Assembly: GCF_004010195.1 (NCBI RefSeq) | Contig: NC_057746.1 | Span: 536,901-600,900, forward strand | Reading direction: 5' to 3' | Source of the DNA: Chiloscyllium plagiosum | Taxonomy: Eukaryota | Length of the DNA: 64,000 nucleotides | In this document: positions 50,515 to 63,070 of the stretch, in pieces | Layout: the number at the start of each line of letters is the position of its first letter | Numbering within the stretch: the stretch's first letter is position 1 | The notes under the pieces: model-generated | What the model was told of the DNA's origin: nothing | Database searches by the model: none | What the model saw: the letters and a program-made list of their open reading frames with translations, nothing else | Position numbers and translations under genes: made by a program

Positions 50515-50566
50515 ATGTTGCTGATCCTTTTTTCCATCTCCTGGTGTTTCTCCCGGGTCTCTGCGG
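50515..50566 (+). CDS. Gene B exon 1, signal peptide MLLILFSISWCFSRVSA
   Basis: 52 nt from ATG to donor GTGAGT, the same length and phase as gene A exon 1. The intron start gtgagtacagaattcag matches gene A gtaagtacagaattcag. Confidence 0.85.
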
Positions 50567-50624
50567 GTGAGTACAGAATTCAGTTTTCCATTCTCACTTT
50601 CGCTTCTGCACCTTGGGGAAATCA

Positions 50625-51745
50625 TAGAAGATGGAACATTTCAGCGCAGTACAGGCCCTTCGGCCCTCGATGTTGTGCTGACCTGTGAGATTAATCTGAT
50701 GCCCATCTAACCTACACCGTTCCATTATGATCCATCTGTGTGTCCAGTGCCCATTTAAATGCCCTTAACGTCAGCGGGTGGACTACTGTTGCAGGCCCGC
50801 CATTCCACGCCTCTACTATTCTCTGAGTGAAGAAACTACCCCTGATATTTATCCTAAGTCTATTACCCCACAATTTAAAGCTGTGTGCCCTCGTTTTAGC
50901 CATCACCATCCGAGGAAAAGGGCTCTCACTGTCCACCCTGTCTGACCCTCTGATTATCTTATACGTCTCGATTAAGTCACCTCTCAACCTTCTTTCCAAT
51001 GAAAACAGCCTCAGGTCCCTCAGCCTTTCCTCGTAAGGCCTTCCCTCCATACCAGGCAACATCCTGGTAAATCTCCTCCGAACCCTTTCCAAAGCTTCCA
51101 CATCCTTCCTATAATGTGGTGACCAGAACTGAACGCAATACTTCGGGTGTGGCCTTACCAGTGTCTTGTACAACTGAAGTATGACTTCATGTCTCTGAAA
51201 CTCAATCCTGCGCCAATAAATGCCAACACACCGTTTGCCTTCTTAACAGCCCTATCAACCTGGGTGGCAACTTTCAGGGATTTCTGTACCTGGACACTGA
51301 GATCTCTCTGTTCATCCACACTGCCAAGAAGTTTACCATTAGCCCAGTACTCTGCATTTGTGTTACATCTTCTGAAGTGAACTACCTCACACTTTTCTGC
51401 ATTAAACTCCACTTACCATTTCTCAGCCCAGCTCTGCATCTTATCTACATCCCTCTGTAACTTCCAACATCCTTCGGCACTATCCACAACTCTGCCTACT
51501 TTAGTGTCATCTGCAAATTAATAACCCATCCTTCTACGCTCACTTTTCAATTATAAAAATGACAAATAGCAGTGGCCCCAAGACAGAACTTTGTGGCACA
51601 CCACTGGAAACTGAACTCTAGGATGAACATTTCCCAGGGTAAAAACAATGACTGCAGATTCTGGAAACCAGATTCCCGTCAACCACCACCCTCTCTTCTT
51701 TCAGCTCGCCAATTTCTCATCCAAACTGCTAAATCACCTTTGTAC
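50625..51745 (-). mobile_element. CR1 LINE 3' fragment directly after the gene B leader
   Basis: MEFNAEKCEVVHF; YKTLVRPHPKYCVQFWSPHYRKDVEALERV. Confidence 0.9.
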
Positions 51746-51869
51746 CCGAAAATCTGTATTTCCTTGGGATTTTTTGAGGAATGGGATTGTCAGTGCCTGT
51801 AGGAAACGTGTGTAAAAATACTGCATTATCTTGTGGAGAGCTGGTCTCTGTGTCTACATTTTTAATTTC

Positions 51870-52830
51870 AAAAATATTGATTACTGTATTCATATAAAAT
51901 ATCTTTATATACAGGGAGAGTCACTAATGCAGTTTGGTTCTGTAGAGTAGCAGATGAAGAAACAAAAAAAATTGGAGTTTTACTCTATTGGATAAAAAAA
52001 ACCAAGACATTTCTTGCTTGTACAAGACTATATTTACATATATTATTTGAGACACGGGCAGGGTTTGGGAAGTGAACAGACCCCCATTTACCTTCAGCAG
52101 AAAGACCTTACATGTACTTCTCCACTGTACCTTGACTACAGTTGCTCCAAGCCTCAGCGCATCCCTCAGCACTTACTCCTGGACCTTGGGATGTCTGCAA
52201 CACTTGGACGGGGTTAACTCCTTGCTCTGGAAGACCAACAAGTTTCAGGCAAACCAAAGAGCGTCTGTCACCGAGGTGATGGTCCTCCAGGTGCAGTTGA
52301 CGTTTGTCTCGGTGTGCGTCCCAGGGAACAGACTGCAAAGCACAAAATCCCACGCCAGGGTGCTATTTGGGACAAACCTCCACACTGCATCTTTCTCCAG
52401 ACTTGCTTTGCAAAGGTAGATTCCAGTAGGAGGTGTGTCGAGCTCCCCCATACGGCCACTTCAGTGTGTGATGGCATACATGAAGGATCTCACAGACAGT
52501 GCCCTTCTCCCCCCCCCAGCCAAGCTGGTGTCTTGGTGCTGGTTGGAACGTTCTGGTGATGAGGCATTCTGTAAGGCACTAATTAGGTTCTACACAAGTG
52601 AGCAATGTGGTGCTTTCAGATTGATGACTGTGTAAACAGAGCTCATCATCTGTGGGAGCTCCTGCTTTGCCCTGGTCACCAGGCCATGCTTGAGTTTGGG
52701 TGTGTGGAGCCTGAGTTGTCCAGGGCCCAGGAGGGTGACCGAGGGACAGAGGCTGGAGTGTAGAAGGATCACTGAGGTGGGGGATAACTGTGAATGGATG
52801 TGGTGCAGCAACTGCTCGGAGAGGTTTCAC
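51870..52830 (-). mobile_element. Tx1/L1-like LINE 3' fragment
   Basis: HLLLE...LFPGTHTETNVNCTWRTITSVTDALWFA...LRDALRLGA. Confidence 0.6.
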
Positions 52831-53113
52831 ATTGCAGGGAGCTCACTAAAGAGCAAGGTGAATGTGTCAATGGTGGGGTGCTGGTATTAAATGGAGGGTT
52901 ACACTGAATGGGGGGAGTGCGGGGGTCAGTGAGCTCAATTGACTGGGCAGTTGGTTTGATATGCCTCAGCTTTGGTTCATTCCTGTAGCTGTTATGGTTA
53001 CCATGACAGTCCCACTTTCTCAATCTCACCCCTTGCCTGAGTCATGGTGACCCTCAGGTTAAACCCACTCCCAGTTGTTTCTCCCTGTTGAGAGGGCAGC
53101 CCTTTCCCCTTTA

Positions 53114-53768
53114 NNNNNNNNNNNNNNNNNNNNNNNNNNNNNNNNNNNNNNNNNNNNNNNNNNNNNNNNNNNNNNNNNNNNNNNNNNNNNNNNNNNNNNN
53201 NNNNNNNNNNNNNNNNNNNNNNNNNNNNNNNNNNNNNNNNNNNNNNNNNNNNNNNNNNNNNNNNNNNNNNNNNNNNNNNNNNNNNNNNNNNNNNNNNNNN
53301 NNNNNNNNNNNNNNNNNNNNNNNNNNNNNNNNNNNNNNNNNNNNNNNNNNNNNNNNNNNNNNNNNNNNNNNNNNNNNNNNNNNNNNNNNNNNNNNNNNNN
53401 NNNNNNNNNNNNNNNNNNNNNNNNNNNNNNNNNNNNNNNNNNNNNNNNNNNNNNNNNNNNNNNNNNNNNNNNNNNNNNNNNNNNNNNNNNNNNNNNNNNN
53501 NNNNNNNNNNNNNNNNNNNNNNNNNNNNNNNNNNNNNNNNNNNNNNNNNNNNNNNNNNNNNNNNNNNNNNNNNNNNNNNNNNNNNNNNNNNNNNNNNNNN
53601 NNNNNNNNNNNNNNNNNNNNNNNNNNNNNNNNNNNNNNNNNNNNNNNNNNNNNNNNNNNNNNNNNNNNNNNNNNNNNNNNNNNNNNNNNNNNNNNNNNNN
53701 NNNNNNNNNNNNNNNNNNNNNNNNNNNNNNNNNNNNNNNNNNNNNNNNNNNNNNNNNNNNNNNNNNNN
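53114..53768. other. Assembly gap
   Basis: Run of N. Confidence 1.
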
Positions 53769-54080
53769 GAGAAATCTGAGTTCATCCTTTGTGGTTGGAG
53801 GGTTCCCAGGCAGAAGATGAGGCGCTCTTCCTCCAACCGTCGTGTTGCCATGGTTTGGCGATGGAAGAGTCCAAGGACCTGCATGTCCTTGGTGGAGTGG
53901 GAGGGGGAGTTAAAGTGTTGGGCTACGGGGTGGTTGGGTTGGTTGGTCTGGGTGTCCCAGAGGTGTTCTCTGAAACGTTCCGCAAGTAGACGGCCTGTCT
54001 CCCCAATATAGAGGAGGCCACATCGGGTGCAGCGGATGCAGTAAATGATGTGTGTGGAGGTGCAGGTGAATTTGTGGTTC
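53769..54080 (-). mobile_element. Penelope-like element, GIY-YIG endonuclease fragment
   Basis: FTCTSTHIIYCIRCTRCGLLYIGETGRLLAERFREHL. Related 3' fragments at about 28750-29110 and 44695-45180. Confidence 0.9.
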
Positions 54081-56034
54081 TCTGTCATGTGGTAACATTC
54101 ACACCACAAAAATGCCAGGCAGTGACTGTCTTCATTAAGAGACAATGTAATCATTGTCCCTGACCTTCAATGGCATCACCATCATTGAATCCTCATTATC
54201 GACATTCTGGGATTTACTGTTGACCAGAAACTGAAGTGGACAGACTATATAAATACAGGTGGCTAGAAGAACAGGGCAGAGGTAAGGAATATTGTGGCAA
54301 GTAACTTGCCCCCTGATTCCCCAGACAGTGTCTACAAGGCACAAGGCAGGAGTGTGATGGAATACTCCTCACTTGCCTGGATTGGGGCAGCTCCAACAAC
54401 GCTCAAGAAGCTTGACACCTTTCAGGACAAAGCAACCCGCTTAATTTTCATCACATCCACCTCTCCACCACCAATGTATTTGATACCCATGTGTCCCCAG
54501 TGTAACATGATATCTTGGCATAATGCTTCTGGTACTGGGATGTCATTTTAAACAAAATGACTTGTCAAGGTGCACAAAGCTAGTCCCTGTGTGGCCAATA
54601 TGAATGAATATCCACATACTGTCAGGCCATTCATGAATACTGACCTTTTGGAACTTGTAGCTGGTCATCTTGTGGCAGTTGCAATTTGCAACTTTTTACC
54701 CTGGCTCTGGCCAAAGTGTACCAATTCACCATTGACATTGTAGACAATGTTGAAAATGTTTTGAATGTGCAGATCAATAGGAATATCTCTGACATTGTGG
54801 GTGTGATGTAAAGTGAGTGATTCCTGTGTAGAAATATGTATGTTTTGTACATTTTGGCTTTTTGAATTTTGAACTAGTGACATATGGGTTTTGTGTATCC
54901 GAAAGAGTTTAATGAGTAACCTGTTACCAATTTGATGACATGGTAGTCGTAGTTGTTGCCACTTAGCTGAGTTGTTCTCTTCAACTTTTACCTTCCCAGT
55001 ACCTTTCACTGGAAGAACAGTCTATCACATATACACACATTGCAGGGATGCTGTGCTTTTCCAGCACGACACTCTAGATACACGCATTGCAGTTGGTTTT
55101 ATAACCCCCTTGTCTTGAGTATACCCGGCATGAAAATACACAAATGAGACTTCAGTTTCATGTAGGCATCACTGGCTAGGTTAGCGTTTATTGCTCATCC
55201 CTAATTTCTCAGAGGGCTGTGAACTGTTAGCCACATTGCTGTGGGTTTGTAGTCACACGTAGGCCAGCCCAGGTAAGGATGGCAGTCTCCTTCCCTCAAG
55301 GACATTAGTGAAGCTGATGGGGTTTTTATTTCCCCTCAGTAATGGTTTCATGGTCATCGTTAGACTTTTTAAACTTCAGATTGTACTGAATTAAAATTCG
55401 ATCAACCATAATAGGATTCATACTGGCAGCCCCAGAACATTATCTGAGTCTTAATAGTTTTAATCGGATTAATAGTTTAGTAATTAGTAGCACAGGATTG
55501 GTACAAGCTCCACATGGCACGTGAGGAAAATTGTCTCCATTCTCAATTTCTTGCGCCATGCCTGAGCAGATTTCCTGCCATGTGATTGGCTGGCAGTGAG
55601 GGAGTGAAGTTGCTTCACACTAATAACTATAATAATTAAATGCAGTCCTTGGTTTCTAAAGTATTAGCCTGCCTGAGTTTCAGCATCTTGGTTACTGGTG
55701 ACAGATGATTCACAGTTTATTTTAAGGTTAAAAATCATTATAGTCCAACAGGTTTATTTGGAAGTATCCAAATAAACCTATAACCTGGTGTTGTGTGATT
55801 TTTAACTTTTGTCCACCCCAGTTCAGCACTGGCGCCTCCACAACATTGTTTATTTTAGATGATTTTACTCCAGAGACTAACCCACCATTGAAGCTCAGGT
55901 TCTGCAGTTTGAATTCAAGAAAAGTGTTAAGCCAGTGGTAAAACAGACAGGTAAGAGGCTGGAAGAACACAGCGAGCCAGGCAGCATCAGGAGGTGGAGA
56001 AGTCGATGTTTCGGGTGTAACCCTTTTTCAGGAC

Positions 56035-56200
56035 TTCAGTAAAATGGAACCTTGATAATCTACTGTTGTCGTTTTCTCCAGAGTATAAACAGTAACTGAT
56101 GCCTCGTTTCTGTCTGGAAGAGGGATAGTGGAATCTCAGAATGCTACTCACTATTTTCCCTCTCCATGTTTTTCCTGGATCATTCTAGATAAAATCAGAA
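56035..56200 (+). pseudogene. Decayed copy of class I proximal promoter and leader exon
   Basis: cagtaaaatggaaccttgataa resembles cagtaaaatggagcctcgataa (about 50388-50409). cagaATG at 56141 begins a 48-nt leader-like segment (4 nt short) whose donor position reads ATAAAA instead of GT. Confidence 0.7.
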
Positions 56201-56814
56201 GTTGGTGATCTGTTCGCAATGATGCCTCCTTGGCTGCTTCTAATCTATGAAGATTGTTCCGCACTACAAAGGACATTTTTTTTAAAAACAAAATGTGAAA
56301 TTCCTGTATCATGGAAGCAGGTCATTTGGTCCAATCCTCTGAACAGCATCCCATCCAGACCCACTGCACCTACTGTATCCTTGCATTGCCCATGGCTACT
56401 CCGCCTAGCCTGCACATCTTTGCACTACGGGGAGATGCAGGAAGAACGTGCAAACTCCACGCAGACAGACACCAGAGGGTGGAATCAAATCCAGTCCCTG
56501 GTGAAGTGAGGCGCTGTGTGTTGATTTGTTATGACAGAAGTATGGCTGCACATTTCTGAAGGAGGTAAAATCAGAATCGCCTGCCAGAAATGCGGAGGTC
56601 GTTTTTTATGTCAAAAAAAGAGAATGGAGTGTGTTCCTATCTGGGTGTTATTATCAGAAAATCCACTGTCGGCAGTCCTGGTTGTAGCTGCTTTTTGAGA
56701 TGGTGGATTTGACAGTTTGAGTGACTCCTGTCATTGATTATAGGGCTTTTGGGAATGGGCTTTGCTTGATCGAGTACACAAACCTGACCCTTTCACTTTT
56801 GTTTAAATCTACAG

Positions 56815-57075
56815 ACAGAAAAATCTTCACTGCAGCTTTTATGGCTGTCTCTGGCACAACTGACCTGCCTGAATATGTTGGTGTGGGAATGATCAATGGA
56901 GTTCCTGTGGCCCGTTATGACAGTGACACCCGTCAGACAGTCTCCTTGCAGCGGTGGATGACAGATGCGTACGATGCTAATTACTGGAAAATTCTCACAA
57001 AGCAAGGGGACGAACATTCTGCCAAGGCAAGGAGGGATCTGAGGACGGTAATGAAATGTACAAACCAAACATCAG
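56815..57075 (+). CDS. Gene B exon 2, MHC class I alpha1 domain
   Basis: Acceptor ctacAG, 261 nt, donor GTAAGA. DRKIFTAAFMAVSGTTDLPEYVGVGMINGVPVARYDSDTRQTVSLQRWMTDAYDANYWKILTKQGDEHSAKARRDLRTVMKCTNQTS aligns without gaps to gene A a1 (47/87 identical by manual count). No downstream exons seen before the window end. Confidence 0.93.
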
Positions 57076-57159
57076 GTAAGACCACTGATACAGATTCTCC
57101 CACTAACTACCCTGTTTAAAGCAGATCAGACTATGACTACAGTTAGACTGCAATATGTG

Positions 57160-57490
57160 AATCATAGAATCCCTACAGTGTCGAGGCAGGCCCTTCGGCC
57201 CAACCAGTCCACACTGACCCTCTGAAGAGTAACCCACCTAGAGCCATTCTCCTATCCTATATTTACCCCTGACTAATGCACCTATCCTGCACATCCCTGA
57301 AAACTATGGGCAATTTAGCATGGCCAGTTCACCTAACCTGCACATCTTTGGACTCTGGGAGGAAACCAGAGCAAACCCACATAAACACAGGGAGAATGTG
57401 CAAACTCCACACAGACAGTCACCTGAGGCTGGAATTGAACCTGGGTCTCTGGAGCTGTAAGGCAGCAGTGCTAACCACTGAGCCACCAGG
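57160..57490 (-). mobile_element. HE1-like SINE
   Basis: Reverse complement of the A box, B box, V-domain and 3' tail. Confidence 0.85.
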
Positions 57491-57939
57491 TTGAGACTGA
57501 GACATGCACGATTTGGGACACTCTGACCACAACTGTATGAGACAGCTGTGGAGTGGCTACCTAGTGACCAATAGGCAGCAAATTCTTCACTGATGCACGT
57601 TATCATATGGAATTATGGGAATTATAATGGGAAACAAGGAAATGGCAATGACTTTGAACGAATGCTGTAAACTTCAAATAGAAGACACCAAATCTTAAAA
57701 ATAGAAGAAAATCCTGAGAGAAAAAAGGATCTTAAACTAAACATTGTCACTACAGAAAAAGTGCAAGATAAGCTAATGAGCCCAAAGGTTGCATCCCTAG
57801 ATTCTTAAATAGTTGCAGAGATGGTGGGTACATTGGTTGTAATTGCCAGTGCACTAGTTAATTAAATCTAGGCTGGGCTGATTTAGACAGATTTTTGTTC
57901 CACAAATGAGTGATAGATTGTCAGTGGCAAGAAACAGAG

Positions 57940-60900
57940 AACATAGAATATTACAGCACAGTACAGGCACTTCAGCCCTCAATGTTGCGCCGACCTGTGA
58001 AACCAATATGAAGCCCATCTAACCGACATTATTCCAGTTTCATCCACATGTTATCCAATGACAGTTTAAATGCCCTTAAATTTGGCGAGTCAACTATTAT
58101 TGCAGGCAGGGCATTCCATGCCCCTACTCATCTCTGAGTAAAGAAACTACCTCTGATATCTGTCCTATATCTATCACCCCTCAATGAAAGCTATGTCCCC
58201 TCATGGGAGCCATCACCATCCAAGAAAAAACGCTCTCCCTGTCCACCCTATCTAACCCTCTGATTATCTTATATGTCTCTATTAAGTCACCTCTCAACCT
58301 TCTTCTCTCTATTGAAAATAGCCTTTCCTCATGGGACCTCCCCCCCCCATACCAGGCAATATCCGAGTAAATCTCCTCTGAACCCTTTCTGAAGCTTCCA
58401 CATCCTTCCTATCATTTTGTGACCAGAAATGTACGCAATATTCTAAATGCGGCCATACCAGAGTTTTGTACAACTGCAGCATGACCTCATAGTTCCGAAA
58501 CTCAATCCCTCTATTAATGAGAGCTAACACACCGTATGCCTTCTTAACAACCCTGTCGACCTGGGTGGCAACTTTCAGGGATCAATGTAATGGACACTGA
58601 GATCTCTCTGCTCATTTACACTACCAAGAATCTTACCATTAGCCCAGTACTCTTTATTCCTGCTGCTCCTTCCAAAGTGAATCACCTCAAACATTTCCAC
58701 ATTAAACTCCATTTGCCACCTCTCAACTCAGCTCTGCAGCTTATCTATGTCCCTCTGTAACCTACAACATCCTTCAGCACTATCCACAACTGTGCTGAAC
58801 TTAGTGGCATCTGCAAATTTATTAGCCAATCCTTCTACGCCCTCATCCAGGTCATTTATAAAAATGACAAACAGCAGTGGCCCCAAAACAGATCCTTGCG
58901 GTACCCCACTAGTACTTGAACTCCAGGATGAACATTTACCATCAACCACCACCCTCTGTCTTCTTTCAGCTAGCCAATTTCTGATCCAAACCCCTGGATC
59001 ACGCTCAGTCGGATGCCTCTGTATTTTGTGCAGTAGACTACCATAGGGAACCTTATCAAACACCTGACTGAAATCCATATACACCACATCAACCACTTTA
59101 CCCTCATCCACCTGTTTGGCCACCTTCTCAAAGAACTCATTAAGGTTTGTAAGGCACGACCTACCTTCATAGAACTGTGTTGACTATATCTAATCAACTT
59201 ATTCTTTTCCAGACGATTATAAATCCTATTTTCTTATAATCTTTTCCAACATTTTACCCACAACCGAAGTAAGGCTCACTGGTCTATAATTACCAGGGTT
59301 ATCTCTACTCCCCTTCGAGAACAAGGGGACACCATTTGCTACTCTCCAGTCTTCTGGCACTATTCCTGTAGACAATGATGACATAAAGATCAAAGCCAAA
59401 AGGCTCTGCAATCTGCACCCTGGCTTCCCAGAGAATCCTTGGATAAATCCCATCCGGAGGGGACCTACCTATTTTCACACTTCCCAGAATTACTAACACC
59501 TCCTCCTTGTGTACCTCAATCCCATCTAGTCCAGTAGCCTGTACCTCAGTATTCTCCTCGACAACATTGTCTTTTTCCAGTGTGAATACTGACGAAAAAT
59601 ATTCATTTAGTGCTTCCCTGATCTCCTCTGACTCCATGCACAACTTCCCACTACTGTCTTTGATTAGCCCTAATCTTACTCTAGTCATTCTTTTATTCCA
59701 TATACCGATAGAAAGCTTTAAGGTTTTCCGTGATCCTACCTGGCAATGACTTCTCATGTCCCTTCCTGGCTCTTCTTAGCTCTCTCTTTAGGTCTTTCCT
59801 GGCGAACTTGTAACTCTCAAGCGCCCTAACTGAGCCTTCACGTCTCATCCTTACGTAAGCGTTCCTCGTCCTCTTGACAAGAGATTCAACTTCTATATTA
59901 AGCCACAGCTCTCTCACTCGACCACTTCCTCCCTGCCTGACAGGTACATACTTATCAAGGACACACAGTAGCTGTTCTTTGAATAAGCCCCACATTTCAA
60001 TTGTGCCTATCCCCTGCAGTTTCCTTTCCCATCCTATGCACCTTAAATCTTGCCTAATCGCATCATAATTGCCTTTCTCCCAGTTATAACTCTTGCCCTG
60101 TGGTATAGATTATCCCCTTGCATCACTAAAGTAAACATAACCGAATTGTGGTCACTACCAGCAAAGTGCTCACCTTATAACACCACCGTTACTCTCGCTC
60201 CTATCTAGAATTATCTTTGCTATCCTTTCCTCTACATCTCTGGAACTATCTGGAGGCCTATGGAAAACTCCCAACAGGGTGACGTCTCCTCTCCTGTTTC
60301 TAACCTCAGCCCATACTACCTCAGTAGACCAGTCCTCATCAAACGTCCTTTCTGCCACTGTAATACTGCCCTTGACTAACAATGCCACACCTCCCCTTCT
60401 TTTACCATCTTCTCTGTTCTTACTGAAACATCTAAATCCCGGAACCTGCAACAACCATTCCTGTCCCTGCTCTATCCATGTCTCCGAAATGGCCACAACA
60501 TTGAAGTCCCAGATATCAACCCATGCTGCAAGTTCACCCACCTTATTCCGGATGCTCCTGGCGTTGAAGTAGACACCCTTCAAATCACTTTCCTGCTTGC
60601 TGGTGAATTCTTGTGACCTTGCAACGATATTTTTGACCTCCCTACTCTCAACCTCCTGTACACTGGAGCGACAATTCAGGTTCCCATCCCCCAGCTGAAT
60701 TAGTTTAAACCACTCCAAAGAGTATTAGCAAATATCCCCCCCCCAGGATATTGGTACCCCTGTGGTTCAGGTGTAGACCATCCTGTTTGTAGAGGTCCCA
60801 CCTACCCCAGAGAGAGCCTCAATTATCCAGGTATCCAAATGCCTCCTGCAACATCCCGGTAGCCACTTGGTCAACTCTTCTCTCTCCCTATTCCTCGCCT

Positions 60901-61555
60901 CACTAGCATGTGACATAGGCAACGAACCAGAGATAACAACTTTGTTTGCTCTAGCACTAAGCTTCCACCCTAGCTCCCTGAATGTCTGCCTTAACTCCCC
61001 ATCTCTCTCTCCCTACCTGTGTCATTGGTGCCTATGTAGACCACGACTTGGGGCTGCTCCCCCTCCCCCTCAAGGATCCTGAAAACACGAACTCCAGCAC
61101 CCTGGAGGCAACACACCAACTGTGAGTCTCCCTCGTCCCCACAGAACCTCCTATCTGTCCCCCTTACTATGGAGTCCTCAACGACTAATGGTCTGCTCCT
61201 CTTCCCCCTTCCCTTCTGAGCAGCAGGGACAGACTCTGTGCCAGAGACCTGTACCCCATTGCTTACCCCTGCTAGGTCATCTCTGCCCCCCCCCCCCCAA
61301 CAGTATCCAAAACAGTATACTTGTTATTGAGGGGAATGGCCACAGGGGATCCCTGCACTGCCTGCCAGTTCCCTTTCCATCCCCTGACTGTAACCCATCT
61401 GTCTTTTTCTTGTACCCGAGGTGTGACTACCTCCCTGCAACTCCTCTCAATAACCCCCTCTCCCTCCTGAATGATCCAAAGTACATCCAGCTCCAGCTCC
61501 AGTTCCCTCACACGGTTTTCGAGGAGCTGGAGTTGGGTGCACTTCCTGCACATGA
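57940..61555 (-). mobile_element. CR1-clade LINE, long degenerate copy (ORF1 remnant, APE endonuclease, RT)
   Basis: CRKCTQLQLLENRVRELELEL (ORF1); YFNARSIRNK...VAISETW (APE); PGNYRPVSLTSVVGK; [20 protein letters not shown]; LEYCVHFWS. Confidence 0.93.
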
Positions 61556-61892
61556 AGTCAAAGTGGAGTTCAGGCCATAATCAATTCGACAATGAATAGC
61601 AGGGCAGACCCAAAGACAAATGACTTGCTCCTATTGTTCTGGACCAGGCCAGCCCCCCTCCAAACATTTCAAGAAGCCCAGATCCTAACTTTGCCAGTTG
61701 TTTTAAGCAAGTGTACAGTGGATATTCCAGGAAAACATCAGCTGTTTTCAGCAAAACAGAATTTATTTAAAGATTACCGAATGAAACACAGAGAACAAAA
61801 AACAGAATACCAAGCAACTTATCCTATCCGAAAACCCACCAGATCATCCCACTGAATGATGCTGTTGCAACAATCCTGATAAGTACCCTTTA

Positions 61893-62205
61893 GGGTGGCA
61901 CGGTGGCTCAGTGGGGTTAGCACTGCTGCTTCACAGCACCAGGGTCCCAGGTTCGATTCTCAGCCTTGGGTGACTGACTGTGTGGAGTTTGCACATTCTC
62001 CCAGTGTCTGCGTGGGTTTCATCTGGGTGCTCCAGTTTCCTCCCACAGTCCAAAGATGTGCAGGTTAGGTAAATTGGCTATGCTAAATTGTCCATAGTGT
62101 TAGGCGTATTAGTCAGAGGGAAATGGGTCTGTCTGGGTTACAGGGTCGGTGTGGACTTGTTGGGCCGAAGGGCCTGTTTCCATACTGGAGGGAATTTAAT
62201 CTAAT
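61893..62205 (+). mobile_element. HE1-like SINE, near full length
   Basis: ggcacggtggctcagtgg...ggttcgattc...V-domain...gggccgaagggcctgtttcc. A second, truncated copy lies at about 62418-62536. Confidence 0.88.
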
Positions 62206-62570
62206 CTTGACACAAAAGGTAAAATCATAAACACAAGTTCTAACAAAATGGAAGTCAGACAGAGAGGACTGGCCTGAGCTTGCTGATCAATCCAGCAGCT
62301 TTTCACACTACAGCTACAAAAAAAAAACCAAACCAGAGAAAAGCTGAGCTGGGAGAACTGGCCACTCCCCTTTTCATTGTACAGGTGTTTTATTAAAACA
62401 TTTGAAAAAAAAAGTGTGCGGCATGGTGGCTCAGTGGTTCGCACTGCTGCCTCACAGTGCCAGTCTTGGGCAACTGTCTGTGTGGAGTTTGCTCATTCTC
62501 CCCATGTCTGCGTGGGTTTCCTCCCACAGTCCAAAGAGTTTTCCCTGGAGCGTCGGAGGCTGAGGGGTGA

Positions 62571-63070
62571 NNNNNNNNNNNNNNNNNNNNNNNNNNNNNN
62601 NNNNNNNNNNNNNNNNNNNNNNNNNNNNNNNNNNNNNNNNNNNNNNNNNNNNNNNNNNNNNNNNNNNNNNNNNNNNNNNNNNNNNNNNNNNNNNNNNNNN
62701 NNNNNNNNNNNNNNNNNNNNNNNNNNNNNNNNNNNNNNNNNNNNNNNNNNNNNNNNNNNNNNNNNNNNNNNNNNNNNNNNNNNNNNNNNNNNNNNNNNNN
62801 NNNNNNNNNNNNNNNNNNNNNNNNNNNNNNNNNNNNNNNNNNNNNNNNNNNNNNNNNNNNNNNNNNNNNNNNNNNNNNNNNNNNNNNNNNNNNNNNNNNN
62901 NNNNNNNNNNNNNNNNNNNNNNNNNNNNNNNNNNNNNNNNNNNNNNNNNNNNNNNNNNNNNNNNNNNNNNNNNNNNNNNNNNNNNNNNNNNNNNNNNNNN
63001 NNNNNNNNNNNNNNNNNNNNNNNNNNNNNNNNNNNNNNNNNNNNNNNNNNNNNNNNNNNNNNNNNNNNNN
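62571..63070. other. Assembly gap
   Basis: Run of N. Confidence 1.

Noticed and set aside
61893-61965. tRNA gene
   Set aside because: The A and B boxes run straight into the SINE V-domain, so this is the tRNA-derived head of an HE1-like SINE.
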